Of a DNA stretch of 64,000 nucleotides, positions 25,001 to 38,016 are shown piece after piece. The notes below the pieces were generated by a model that saw only the letters and a program-made list of their open reading frames with translations, did not search any database and had not been told where the DNA came from. The stretch covers positions 1 to 64,000 of the forward strand of contig JAXLNO010003381.1 of assembly GCA_038087875.1 (NCBI GenBank), given 5' to 3'. Position 1 is the stretch's first letter. Each line of letters opens with the position of its first letter. Position numbers and translations under genes: made by a program. Origin of the DNA: Malacoraja senta. Taxonomy: Eukaryota.

Positions 25001-28000
25001 GGCGGACTGAGCGAAGGTGTTCAGCGAAACGATCTCCCAGTCTGCGCTTGGTCTCGCCGATATCTTGCAGATGGGCGTACAACATCCAGTGACACTAGTC
25101 TGAAGAAGGGTTTCGGCCCGAAACGTTGCCTATTTCCTTCGCTCCATAGATGCTGCTGCACCCGCTGAGTTTCTCCAGCATTTTTGTGTACCATCCAGTG
25201 ACACTATTTGGAATAAGTCTCGGTGACCTCTGGTGTCCCGGCTTTCCATCACGGGCACGGAACATGTTTAGTTTAGTTTAGCGATACAGCGCAGAAACAA
25301 GCCCTTCGGCCCGCCGATCACCCGTACACTAATCCTACACGATGGCGCAGTGGTAGAGTCGCTGCGTCCCACGGTACGAGTTCATTCCAAGAGTTCTCCC
25401 GAGTTTGCCCTGATTCGAACTCGGAGATTACAGCCCAGAGATCCAGGTTCAATCCTGACTATGGGTGCTGTCTGTATGGAGTTTATACATTCTCCCCGTG
25501 ACCGGCGTGGGTTTCCTCTGGGAACTCCCGTTTCCTCCCACACTCCAAACACCTTCAGGTCTGTAGGTTAATAGGCTTGGTAAAATAGCAAATTGTCCCT
25601 GGTGTGTGTCGGATAGTGCTAGTGTAAGTGGGTGGCTTGTTGGTGCAGACCCAGTGGACCGTAGGGCCTGTTTCCACGCTGTATCCCTCATCTAAACTAA
25701 ACTATACCTCACACTGGGGATAATTTACAGATATGTATTGCAATTTAAGCCTCTTTGAAGTCCTTGGACATGTTTATTGGCATTTTCTCTGGCGCTGTAA
25801 CACCATATTCTTTTTTGCACCTGATGTACTCGTGTACGGAAGATAGACACAAAATGCTTGAGTAACTCAACGGGATGGGCAGCATCTCTGGAGGGAAGGA
25901 ATGGGCGACGTTTTGGGTCGAGACCCTTCTTCAGATGGGTCGAAACATCCGACTCGAAACATCACCCATTCCTTCTCTCCAGAGATGCTGCCTGTCCCGT
26001 TGAGTTACTCCAGCTTTTTGTGTCTATCTTCGGTTTAAACCAGCATCAGCACGTGTTCAGTATGATTTGACTGGGTGGCATGCAAAACAACGTTTTTTCA
26101 CTGTACGACAATAATAACTCCATACGCAGTTACTGTTCTTTCATCATTTTAACTGCAGAAGAAATATTTTGTTGGCTACTTACTTTCTTGAGGGATAGTT
26201 TCTGACTGTTTCCTCTTCTTTACAAGTAGAACTATCGGTAGTACAATCAATAGTCCCAACACGAGTGGAAGTATAATGTGCCAAATCTGCGGGGTGCCGC
26301 TATTAAAACACGATTGAGAAACATTGAATGAGACAAGGAACAATATCTCTAACACTAAATTGAGCTAGAATGAGGAAGGACACAAAGTAGCTCAGCAGGT
26401 CAGGGCTGAATCCCCGGAGAAAGTGGACAGGTGATGTTTCGGGTTGAGATCTTTCTTCGGATCAAAGAAGGGTGTCGACCCGAAACGTGAATCTGAAGAA
26501 GTGTTTTGACCTGAAAGGTCACCTTATCCATGTTCTCCAGCGATGCTGCCTGACCCGTTGAGTTACTCCAGCACTTTGTATCCCTTTCTGTATTAACCAA
26601 CTTCTGCAGTTCTTTGTGTTGACAAACTAGAATGTGGATGAAACTGGAAGCAAGATGCGAGGAACTGCAGATGCTGGTTTAGAATAAGAGACGGTGTGGC
26701 ACAATGGAGCAGCGCCAGATACCCGGGTTTGAACCTGACCTCGGGTGCTGTCTGTACGGAGTTTGTACGTTCTCCCCGCGACCGCGTTGGTTTTCTCCGA
26801 GATCTTCGTTTTCCTCCCACACTCCAAAGACGTGCATAAATGTCTTGGCTTGGTATAAATGTAAATTGTCCCTGGTATGTGTTGGATACTGTTAGTGTGG
26901 CGGGGATCGCTAGTCCGTACGGACTCGGTGGCCGAAGGGCCTGTTTCTGCGCTCTATCTCTAAACTAAACTAAACATGACGTATTGAACCAATACCAACA
27001 ACAATCAGTAAATAATTATTAGATTGAAGATGACTGCAGAAATCTTACCTTGCTTGTTGCTTGGTGCCTCTGGTTTTGTTATCGTTCCTGAGGTGGGTTG
27101 TTAAATCAACATATTATACCAATTCATATCAATTACAACACAACATAACATAATCTCAAGGAACTGAAGATGCAGCAAATTGCCCTTTAGTCTGTAAGGA
27201 GTAGATAACAAAAATCAAGTGTGAATGGATGGTTGGCATGGATTAGATGGGCCGAAGAGCCTGTTTTCATGTTGCATCTTTCAATTCAATTAATATGTAT
27301 ATTAACAAGAGGGTTCAGAAAGTTGTCTAAGAGTAATAAACATAAGTGAAATATTTGGTAATAAATTCCACAATCAGAGATTAGTAAGAAGGTAAAACTC
27401 AGGCAAATATCAGGACACGGTTTAGGGAAAGCTTTGAAGATACGAGGTTGGGGGAGATGAGAAGAATTAGAAGGCTGTGGAGGCCAAGCCAATGGATATT
27501 TTTAAGGCAGAGATTGAGAGATTCTTGATTAGTACGTGTGTCAGGGGTTACGGGGAGAAGGCAGGAGAATGGGTTGAGAGGGAAAGATAGATCAGCCATG
27601 ATTGAATGGCGGAGTAGACCTGATGGGCCGAATGGCCTAATTCTACTCCAACAACTTACGAGAATGGAGAGAGATACATGGAATATAATATCAGTAAAGA
27701 CTGTTTGCATGCTGAATTTCTACATAACTGTTGAATCACAGTAATTTTATGTTGATTTATACCTTGAAACATCACGGTTGTAACCTGTGAGATCTCAAAG
27801 TCGACTGGTGTCCTGGCCCCACACCAATATTCCCCCACATCTCTTTCATCAGTGTGCCTGATCGTGATAGCAAAGTTGTTGAATTCGTTCGCACTGATTG
27901 ACAATTTGCTGCTGTTGTAGTGTTTAGGCGTCACTATGATGCTGCAACTATTCACAGAGACGACTTTACACAAGAATTTCTCATACGCTTCAAATTGCGC

Positions 28001-31000
28001 CTTGTACCGGCAATGTATAGTGGTGGCATTGCCCATTACGCCCTTGACTGTAGTACGGTTTAGTATCCGTGAATCTGCTGTAATGGAAACAAAATGAGGG
28101 CATGAGAGATCAGAGATGCTGACTGTTGACTTTGGTAGGGAAGAGCCAAGGGATGCACAAACCTTAGTTTAGTTTAGAGATACAGCGTGGAAACAGTCCC
28201 TTCAGCTCACTGAGTCTGCACCGACCAGCGATCCCCGCACATTATCACTTTCCTACACACACTAGGGATAAGTTATAATTGTGCTGAAGCCAATTAACCT
28301 ACAAGCTTTGGAGTGTGGGAGGAAACCGGAGCTCCCGGGGAAAACCCACGAAGGTCACGGGGACAACGTACTAACTCCGTACAGACAGCACCCGTGGTCA
28401 GGATCGAGCCCGGGTCTCTGGGGCTGTAAGGCGGCAACTCTTCCGCTGTGCCCACGGGCTGGCACCCTCATTATTGGGATGCTGAAGATGGAAAGTTACC
28501 GTGAGGCCATGTGTAAATTGGTGGAACAGCACCTCATATGTTGCTGGGTTCGCTTACAACCCAGCAGTATGAATGTTGAATTCTCTAATTTTAAGAAACT
28601 TCTACTAACACTCCACTCCCCTCCCCCCTTGCCCCCTTCCACCCTAGTTCCACCAGCTCTTCTCCAGCTCCCTTCTTTCAGTCTGAGGAATTGCCCCGAC
28701 CCGGAACGGCTGGCCTTGTATACTCTGGAATTTAGAAGGATGAGAGGGAATCTTGGTGAAACATATAAGATTATTAAGGGTTTGGACACGCTCGAGGCAG
28801 GAAACATGTTCCCGATGTTGGAGGAGTCCAGAACCAGGGGCCACAGTTTAAGAATAAGGGGTAAGCCATTTAGAACGGAGATGAGGAAACACTTTTTCAC
28901 ACAGAGAGTGGTGAGTCTGTGGAATTCTCTGCCTCAGAGGGCAGAGGAGGCCGGTTCTCTGGATACGTTAAATAGCTAGAGAGGGCTCTTGAAGATAGCA
29001 GAATCAGGGGATATGGGGAGAAGGCAGGAACGGGGTACTGATTGGGGATGATCAGCCATGATCACATTGAATGGCGGTGCTGGCACGAAGGGCCGAATGG
29101 CCTACTCCTGCACCAATTGTCTATTGTCTATTGACCCAAAATGTCACCTATTCCATTTCTCCCGGGATGCATCCCGCTGAGTTACTCCAGCATTTTGTGT
29201 CTATCTTCAGTGTAAAGCAGGGTCCTTCCTACACACCTTTGTAAGTTTAACTCACTTAACATCGGTAGACGCAATGAACTGCAGATGCTGGAATCTGCGT
29301 AGAAAGTGCTGGAGTAACTCAGCGGGATGGGCAGCACCTCTCCATAACAATCAGTATGCTCATTATGGCACAGCAGTCCAAGTGTATATTATCAGTGAAG
29401 CATATTATCGGTTGTAAAATCTTCGGAAAACCTCTTACCTGTGAAAACATCCAGCATGACAATATCTGAAACATGGATTATTTTTGTCTGAATTGTTCCA
29501 CACCAGTATGTTCCTGAATCATTCTTCTGAAGTTGACTTGTTACAAAAACAGACCCATTGAGTCTTCTCATTGATATCCTTCCACTACTGTCCACTTCTT
29601 TCTCAGTCTTGACTATTACATGGCACCCCTTTCCAGAATAGGCTTTGCACCAGCTGACACGTCCTGTTTTCTCAGCGTTTGGACATTCTATAGTCACTGT
29701 TTCTCCCTCGCCAGCTCTTATCACCATCAAGGGAAGCTGTGCTAAGGAACCTGTTGGGTGAAATTTAGTGCTGGAAATTTTATAGAATCACATCAAAATA
29801 TTCCCATAACCCCCTCCCCCTGGACATAATCTCATGTTCATAAGTTACAGGAGAACATTTGGGCCATTCGGTTCATCGTCTGTCCATCCATTCAATCATG
29901 GCTGATCTATCTCTCCCTCTCAACCCAATTCTCCTGCCTTCTCCCCATAACCCCTAACACCCTATTTACTAACCAAGAATCTGAAAATCTCCGCCTTAAA
30001 AATACCCAATGACTTGGCCTCCACAGCCATCTGTGGCAACGACTTCCACAGATTTACCACCCTGTGTCAAAAGAAATTCATCCACAACTCCTTTGTACAG
30101 GTATGTCCTTTGTAACAGGTACAGGTACAGGATAGTAGCGCAGCGGTAGAGATGCTGCCTTACAGCGCCAGAGACCCGGGTACGTGTGCAGCCTGTACGG
30201 AGTTTGTACGTTCTCCCTGTGACCTGCATAGGTTTTCTCCGGGAGCTCCGGTTTCCTCCCACACTCGAAAGACGTGCAGGTTTGTCGGTTAATTGGCTTT
30301 GATAAAAATCGTTCCTAGTGTGTAGGATAGAACTAATGTGCAGAGATCGCTGGTCAGCATGGACTCGATGGGTCGAAGGGCCTGTTTCCACGCTGTATCT
30401 CCAAACTAAACTAAACGTCCTGTTATTCTGAGGCTGTGCACTCTGGTCCTAGACTCTCCCACCAGTGGAAACATCCTCTCCACATCCACTATTTCCAGGC
30501 CTTTCACTATTCATTACGTTTCAATGTCACCCTCGTCCGAAAATGGGAGGTGGGAGGGAAACTCGAGCATCCGGAAGAAACCCATACGGTGACGGGGAGA
30601 AACTCCACAAAGACAGCATCCGAGGAAGGATTGTAGCGCAAAATCTTCTCTGCTGCATCTTCACTGAAATCATAGAACAGCACAGCACAGAAACAGGCCA
30701 TTTGGTCCACAATCGCCATGCTGAACATGATTCCATGACCAACCCTTATCTGCCCTTGCCAACGACTCTTAAAAACTGATTGAGGTGGTGGGGCATTCTC
30801 CTCACCCTCTCCCCCCACCACAATCAGTCTGAAGAAGGGTCCCGGCCCAAAATATTACCTATCCATGTTCTCTAGAGATGCTGCCTGACCCGCTGAGTTA
30901 CTCCAGCACTTTGTTCTTTTTTCTCTTACATGCACGTGCCATTCCGAAAATCTCTTAAATCCTCTGCTAAATCCCATGCTCTTGGCACAGTTCGTTTTAA

Positions 31001-31347
31001 CTCTTGCTAAAATGTAAAGTTAATTGGTTCCTTTCTAGGCTCCTGGTCCTTTGGCTAAACAGCAGTATATCATCACTTATTTAAATAACAAGAGGTAATG
31101 TTCGTGTTAACATATAACTGCGCTATGGTTCCATGACCATAAGTTAATGGGGCAGATTAGGTTGTTCGGCTCATCATGTCCACTCTGCCATTCGATCATG
31201 GCTGATCTATCTCTCCCTCCTAACCCCATTCTCCTGCCTTCTCCCCATAACTCCTGGCACCCGTACTAATCAATAATCTGTCCATCTCAGCTTTAAGTGG
31301 AAAAACTTACTTGAAGTCACAGTCAGAAACAGCAGAATGTAAAACAT
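21827..31347 (-). CDS. Gene A model: CD300/pIgR-like (MDIR-like) inhibitory receptor, 2 V domains. join(complement 31311-31347, 29439-29750, 27763-28077, 27049-27087, 26184-26299, 23042-23079, 21827-22006)
   Basis: Leader, two V-set domains each with the C-x7-C second disulfide typical of CD300/pIgR, TM, and a three-Tyr tail. The simplest exon set is 1 nt out of phase before the TM exon (see findings). Confidence 0.75.
22072..22378 (+). mobile_element. V-SINE (HE1-like)
   Basis: Same tripartite structure. Confidence 0.85.
23042..23079 (-). CDS. Gene A cytoplasmic exon (NGCKNSKTPTTAK)
   Basis: Acceptor cctgttttgcag|A and donor CAAG|gtaaga; 38 nt, phase 1 to 0. Confidence 0.75.
25100..25127 (+). 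ncRNA. Hammerhead-like motif, intact core
   Basis: CTGAAGAAGGGTTTCGGCCCGAAACGTT. Confidence 0.65.
25343..25702 (+). mobile_element. V-SINE (HE1-like)
   Basis: Same structure, with an internal insertion in the head. Confidence 0.8.
26184..26299 (-). CDS. Gene A transmembrane exon (GTPQIWHIILPLVLGLLIVLPIVLLVKKRKQSETIPQE)
   Basis: Acceptor gtgttttaatag|C and donor GAAA|gtaagt; 116 nt, phase 2 to 1, the same length and phases as the gene B TM exon. Confidence 0.88.
26692..26975 (+). mobile_element. V-SINE (HE1-like)
   Basis: Same structure. Confidence 0.85.
27049..27087 (-). CDS. Gene A short stalk exon (39 nt)
   Basis: Acceptor cacctcag|G and donor CAAG|gtaaga. Open in phase 1 (GTITKPEAPSNKQ) and in phase 2 (NDNKTRGTKQQAS). 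Confidence 0.6.
27763..28077 (-). CDS. Gene A exon 3, Ig V domain V2 (..TIHCRY..FLCKVVSVNSC..DVGEYWCG..)
   Basis: Acceptor tttccattacag|CAG and donor CAAG|gtataa; an alternative in-frame extension reaches a gtaagt donor at 27660. C-x7-C and DxGxYWC motifs. Confidence 0.88.
28168..28452 (-). mobile_element. V-SINE (HE1-like)
   Basis: Reverse-complement copy starting at the tttagtttagt tail. Confidence 0.85.
29439..29750 (-). CDS. Gene A exon 2, Ig V domain V1 (..VTIECP..VSWCKAYSGKGC..DSGTYWCG..)
   Basis: Acceptor cacccaacag|GT and donor ACAG|gtaaga; 312 nt, phase 1-1; WC-x7-C and DSGTYWC motifs. Confidence 0.9.
30135..30416 (+). mobile_element. V-SINE (HE1-like)
   Basis: Same structure. Confidence 0.85.
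31311..31347 (-). CDS. Gene A exon 1, signal peptide MFYILLFLTVTS(S)
   Basis: ATG at 31347; hydrophobic; phase-1 donor TCAA|gtaagt; joins SLAQ at the start of V1. Confidence 0.8.
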
Positions 31348-31453
31348 CGTGGTTCCAGAAAGAGAGAGATCCTTGTTTTCCGATGAAGCGGTCTCCAATT
31401 TGCGCTGTGCACAACTTACTCTTGTTTGATTTAACCACTTGTTCCGTGTGCAA

Positions 31454-31461
31454 ACTTCCTC
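31454..31461 (-). promoter_or_regulatory. PU.1/ETS site GAGGAAGT, 107 bp upstream of the gene A ATG
   Basis: Exact match to the Spi/PU.1 core; position fits a myeloid promoter. Motif only. Confidence 0.4.
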
Positions 31462-33189
31462 ACAAATGAAGAAATGCTTTGCAATGTGACATAGAGTAAG
31501 GAACATTGACCCATATCCCATTTTGCAATCTGTTGCCTGCACATTGTCAACGGTTCCACTTTGGGGGATGAACTGTGGTTGGCAGAGTTTTGGGCAGAAG
31601 ACAAGCTGAACTGAAGCAGGTTTCCAGTGAGGGTATCCACAGCTTGTGTGGTCACATCCCAATCCTGTCCTCCTTAAAGATCAGTTTGGAGATGCACTTT
31701 TTATAATTAATACTTTGCAATCCAATGTAGAATAAGGAACATTGACAAAAATCCTGTTTCACAACTTGCTGAACTTACAGCGCCAGAGACCTGGGTTCAA
31801 TTGTGACTGTGGGTGCTGTCTGTACGGGGTTTGTACGTTCTCCCCATGACCGCGTGATTTTCTCCGGGTGTTCTGGTTTCCTCGCACCATCCAAAGACGT
31901 GTGGATTTGTAGGTTATCTGGCTTCGCTAAGTTGTAGATTGTCCCTAGTGTGTCGGATAGTCCTAGCGTACATGGTTGTCTCCAGAGATGCTGTCTGACC
32001 CGCTGAGTTACTCCGGCTTTTTGTGTCTACCTTCCTTCCTAAACAGTTGAAATTATTCCTTCATGGCTGGGAAGAGAGCTGAGAAGATTTATCAGGATTT
32101 TGCCTGGACTCGAAGGTCGGAGCTTCAAGGAGGATGTGTCTCACCGTGGCCACTCGCTCTTCTCCCCTCTCTCATCAGGCAAGAGGTACAGAAGTTTGAA
32201 AACGCACACTTGCAGATTCAAGGAGTTTCTTCCTTCCTTCATGTTAGCATGAAACGGAACCATCTGATTACTTACTAGAGAGTGATCCTGATCTACCATC
32301 CACCTCATTGGAGACCATTGAACCATCTTTAATTGGACTTTACTGGACTTTAACTTGCACTGAACCTACAGTATTTCCCTTTATCTGTATCTGTACACTG
32401 TGGATGGCATGATTGTAATCATGTACAGTCCCTTTGCTGGATAGCATGCAACAAAAATATATATAATTGTTCCTTGGTACATGTGACAATGATAAACTAA
32501 ACTAAATTTGGATAAACTAGGACTTTATTCCTTGGAGCACAGGAGGCTAAGGGGTGATCTTATAGAGGTGTATACAATCATGAGGAGGAATTTATAGGGT
32601 GAGTTCACAGAGTCTTTTACCCAGAGTAAAAGGGGAATCAAAATCCAGAGGACAAGTTTAAATTGAGGGGGGAGGGATTTAATAGGAACCTGAGGGGCAA
32701 ACCTTTCACTCAGAATGTGGTGGGTATATGGAATGAGCTGTCAAAGGAGGTAGCTAAGGCAGCTACTGTAACAACATTTAAAAGACAATTGGACAGGTAC
32801 ATGGATAGGAATGGTTTAGAGGGACATGGATCAAATGCGGCCAAATGGGACTACTCAGGTGGGCATTTTGGTCAGCATGATGAGTGAAGGGTCTATTTCC
32901 GTGCTATATAACTATGAGTCTATGATTCTAATTCAGTACCATGATAACCTCTCTGATGCTGCAGAGACATGCTGCACGATGGTCAGATCCTATGACTAGG
33001 AAGATGAGAGTCAATGTGATCTTGACCTCCATGGATAGAGTAGACCAGGTATGAAGGTCCTCTTGTATCTCAATGTAGACAGACGGAATATCATGAGATA
33101 TCATAATATCTTGGGGTGCAGTGGTGGAGTTGCTGCCTTACAGCACCAGAGACCCAGGTTCGATCCTAACTACGGATGCTTGTCTGTAT

Positions 33190-34435
33190 AGATACATAGA
33201 TACATAGATACATAGAAAATAGGTGCAGGAGTAGGCCATTCGGCCCTTCGAGCCTGCACCGCCATTCAATACGATCATGGCTGATCATCCAACTCAGTAT
33301 CCCGTACCTGCCTTCTCTCCATACCCCCTGATCCCTTTAGCCACAAGGGCCACATCTAATTCCTTCTTAAATATAGCCAATGAACTGGCCTCAACTACCC
33401 TCTGTGGCAGAGAGTTCCAGAGATTCACCACTCTCTGTGTGAAAAAGTTTTCCTCATCTCGGTCCTAAAGGATTTCCCCCTTATCCTTAAGCTGTGACCC
33501 CTTGTCCTGGACTTCCCCAACATCGGGAACAATCTTCCTGCATCTAGCCTGTCCAACCCCATAAGAATCTTGTACGTTTCTATAAGATCCCCTCTCAATC
33601 TCCTAAATTCTAGCGAGTATAAGCCAAGTCTATCCAGTCTTTCTTCATATGAAAGTCCTGACATCCCAGGAATCAGTCTGGTGAACCTTCTCTGCACTCC
33701 CTCTATGGCTATAATGTCCTTCCTCAGATTTGGAGACCAAAACTGTACGCAATACTCCAGGTGTGGTCTCACCAAGACCCTGTACAACTGCAGTAGAACC
33801 TCGCTGCTCCTATACTCAAATCCTCTTGCTATGAAGGCCAACATACCATTCGCTTTCTTCACTGCCTGCTGCACCTGCATGCCTACTTTCAATGACTGGT
33901 GTACCATGACACCCAGGTCTCGCTGCATCTCCCCATTTCCTAATCGGCCACCATTTAGATAATAGTCTGCCTTCCCGTTTTTGCTACCAAAGTGGATAAC
34001 CTCACATTTATCCACATTATACTGCATCTGCCAAACATTTGCCCACTCACCCAGCCTATCCAAGTCACCTTGCAGTCTCCTAGCATCCTCCTCACAGCTA
34101 ACACTGCCCCCCAGCTTAGTGTCATCCGCAAACTTGGAGATGTTGCTTTCAATTCCCTCGTCCAGATCATTAATATAAATTGTAAATAGCTGGGGTCCCA
34201 GCACTGAGCCTTGCGGTACCCCACTAGTCACTGCCTGCCATTGTGAAAAGGACCCGTTTACTCCTACTCTTTGCTTCCTGTTTGCCAGCCAGTTCTCTAT
34301 CCACATCAATACTGAACCCCCAATACCGTGTGATTTAAGTTTGTCTCTTATGTGGTACCTTGTCGAAAGCCTTCTGAAAGTCCAGATACAACACATCCAC
34401 TGGTTCTCCCCTATCCACTCTACTAGTTACATCCT
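33190..34435 (-). mobile_element. 5'-truncated CR1 LINE (RT fragment, ORF 33425-34396) inserted into a V-SINE
   Basis: GVPQGSVLGP and FADD motifs; (CTATGTAT)n tail. The SINE head at 33113-33190 resumes at 34436-34630. Confidence 0.88.
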
Positions 34436-35152
34436 AGAGTTTGTACGTCCTCCCTGTAACCTGCGTGGGTTTTCTTCGGGATCTCCAGTTTCCTCCCACA
34501 CTCCTAAGACGTGCAGGTTTGTCGGTTAATGGGCTTGGTTTAATTATAAATTGTCCCTGATGTGTAGGATGGTGTTAGTGTGCGGGGATCGCTGGTCGCC
34601 GCAGACTTGGTGGGCCGAAGGGGTTGTTTCAATAGACAATAGACAATAGGTGCATGAGTAGGCCATTCGGCCCATCGAGCCAGCACTGCCATTCAATGTG
34701 ATCATGGCTGATATTCCCCAATCAGTATCCCGTTCCCGCCTTCTCCCCATATCCCCTGACTCCGCTATCTTTAAGAGCCCTATCTAGCTCTCTCTTGAAA
34801 GTATCCAGAGAACCAGCCTCCACCCCCACTGTTCCTCTAAACTAAACCAAACTTAGTAATGCCAGTGTCAGCTGAGTGGCCTTTCAGTAATAAGGAGAGT
34901 ACTGTGCCTTGAATTTCAATGGGACAGTTTTGGTTTGGTTTGCAATTTTGAGCAATTTTTTATTGGTATGAGTAGAAATGGTGGTTGTGCAATAAATGCA
35001 ATCATTTACTGCATGTGAGCGGTGCTGGGAAAGTGTCAAGCATAGTGTGATCAGGAACGAGAGCTCCAATTGCAGAACTTTATATTGCGAACATTGTAAG
35101 CATGATTGACTCAGGGTAAGAGAGTCAAAGGTTACGAGGACCACTCGAGAAT

Positions 35153-36400
35153 GTGAAAACGAGGAATTATAGACCAGTTAGTCTTACATTGGTATTGGGG
35201 AAGAAGCTGGAATCAATTATTAAGGATGTTATAGCAGCGCATTTGGAACGCAGTGACAGGATCGGTCAAAGTCAGCATGGATTGATGAAGGGGAAATCAT
35301 GCTTGATTAATCTTTTGGAATTTGTTGAGGATGTAACAAGTAGAATGGATAAGGGAGAGCCAGTGGATGTGGAGTATCTGGACTTTCAAAAAGCCTTTGA
35401 CAAGGTCCCACACAAGAGATTAGTGTGCAAAATTAGAGCACATGGTATTGGGGGTAGGGCATTGACATGGATAAAGAACTGGTTGGCAGACAGGAAGCAA
35501 AGGGTAGGAATTAACGGGTCCTTTTCAGAATGGCAGGCAGTGACTAGAGGGGTGCCACAATGCTCGGGGCTGAGACCCCAGTTATTTACAATATATATTA
35601 TCGATTTAGACGAGGGAATTAAATATAACAATACTAAGTTTGTGGATGACACAAAGCTGGGTGGCAGTGTGAGCTGCAAGGACGATGCTAAGAGGCTGTA
35701 GGGTGACTTGGATCGGTTGGGTGAGTGGGCAGAAGAATGGCAGATGCAGTACAATGTGGATAAATGTGAGGTTATCCACCTTGGTGGCAAGAACAGGAAG
35801 GCAGATTATTATCTGAATGGTGTCAGATTAGGAGAAGAGAGGTGTAACGGGACCTGGGTGTGCTTGTACATCAGTCACTGAAAGTAAGCATGCAGGTACA
35901 GCAGGCAGTGAAGAAAGCCAATTGGTCATCATTGTGAGAGGATTTGAGTTTTGGAGCAAGGAGGTCCTACTGCAGTTGTACATGGCCTTGGTGACCACAC
36001 CTGGAGTATTGTGTCCAGTTTTGGTCTCCTAATTTGAGGAAGGACATTATTGCTAATTGAGTGAGTGCAGTGTAGGTACACCAAGTTATTTCCCGGGATG
36101 GCGGGACTGAGATATGACGAAAGAATGGTTCGACTAGAAGTTAGAAGGATGATAGGGGATCTTATGGAAACATATAAAATTCTTAGAGGATTGGACAGGT
36201 TCGATGCAGGAAAAATGTTGTCGGTGTTGGGGGAGTCCAGAACCGGGGGACATAGTTTAAAAATAAGTGGTAGGCCATTTAGGACTGAGATGAGGGGAAA
36301 CCTTTTCACCCAGGGAGTTGTGAATCTGTGGAATTCTTTGCCACAGAAGGCAGTGGAGGCCAATTCATGAAACTTAGAAATACAAAATGTAAACAGGCCC
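35153..36400 (+). mobile_element. Degenerate CR1 LINE RT fragment
   Basis: [17 protein letters not shown] and FVDD motifs, with stops and frameshifts. Confidence 0.85.
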
Positions 36401-37391
36401 TTCGGCCCACCGAGTCTACACTGACGGTTGATCACCCGTTCACATTAGTTCTCCCAGAGACACACTTTTCACCCAGAGAGTTGAGTATCTGTGGAATTCT
36501 CCACCACAGAAGGCAGTGGAGGCCAATTCACTGGATGTATTCAAGAGAGAGTTAGATTTAGCTCTTAGGGTTAAGGGAATCAGTCGATATGGGGAAAAAA
36601 CTGGAACGGGGTACTGATATCACTGTACCTTAATTGGTACATGTGACAATAAATGTGAACTTGAACTTGATTTTGGATGATCAGCCATGATCATATTGAA
36701 TGGCGGTGCTGGCTCAAAGGGCCGAATGGCCTACTCCTGCACCTATTTTCTATGTTTTGATGTTTCTATGTACTGTTCAGTACAAGTATCACTATGCATA
36801 AATATTTGGATACATCTTAGATAAGCATCTCAGATACAGTGCAAGTGTATAGCACTGGTGCATTGAGACAGTGTGCAGAGTTAGCTCCCATACATACAGG
36901 AAAACCACAGTGAGGGCATTTTGCGAAAGTGTGGCACTGATAGTGAGGGATTTTTAAAATTTCTTGAAAACATGAAAAACTGTTAAATGCAACTAAATGT
37001 GTCTGTTCTCCTTCTGTTAGACGAACAAGAGCAATGAGAATTGCCAGCAGAAATGTGTGTGTTGTTTAAATATTTAATGTTGTTTGGATGGTCAGTAATC
37101 AATAATTGCATTCAATCAACCCGCCCCCCCCTCTCCTCACCTGTATCCACCTATCACTCGCCACATTTTGTGCAGCCCCCACGTCTCTTCCAGTTTAATA
37201 ACCGGAGGCTTTTTCATGGGGCAGCACGGTGGCGCAGCGGTGGAGTTGCTGTTTGGAGGACATTGCAATTGAAACAACTTCTCTTGCCACATGCGTTGTG
37301 AAGCTCGATTGTAAACCGATGGACTTCTGATGCAGCTGACTCCTTCAGCTATTGATTTATCCCATTCCCCATCTAACATGTAATGCTGTAG

Positions 37392-37672
37392 TTTAGTTTA
37401 GTTTAGAAATACAGTGTGGAAACGGGTCCTTCGGCCCGCTGAGTCCACATCGACCAGCGATCACCCATACACTAGTTCTATCCTACACACTAGGGGCAAT
37501 TTACAGAAGGCAATTAACCTGCATGTCTTTGGAATGCGGGAGGAAGCGAGAGAAAACCCACGCGATCACAGGGAAAACGTACAAACTCCACACAGACAGC
37601 ACCCGTGGTCAGGATCGTACCTGGGTCTCCTGCGCCATGAGGCAGCAAATCTACTGCTGAGGCACTCTTTGC
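37392..37672 (-). mobile_element. V-SINE (HE1-like)
   Basis: Reverse-complement copy. Confidence 0.8.
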
Positions 37673-38010
37673 TTTAGACTTTAGAGATAGAGGCCCTTCG
37701 GCCCACTGAGGCTTTTAGATAGTATGGTATGGTACTTTATTTGTCATGTACCGAGGTACAGTGAAATTCATTTTTGTATACATCTCAGTACAAGTATAAG
37801 ATAGGCACATAGATATGCAGGGGGTGGAGGGATAGTGGACTATGTGCAGGCAGATGAGATCAGATTAACTTTGCCTCATGTTTGGCATGGACAATGTGGG
37901 CCGAAGGGCCTGTTCCTATGCTGTTCTGTGTTCTACGTCCATCCGGAAAACCACCTTCGACAAAGTCCGTAAGATCTTGGGCTCAACAGGTATTCAGAGG
38001 ACAAGTGTAC

Positions 38011-38016
38011 TTTATT
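38011..38016 (-). terminator. Candidate polyadenylation signal (AATAAA) for gene B
   Basis: tttatt on the plus strand, 1.2 kb past the stop, in a non-repeat AT-rich stretch. Confidence 0.35.

Noticed and set aside
28281-28979. 232-aa plus-strand ORF
   Set aside because: Chimera of SINE, PLE remnant and CR1 3' end.
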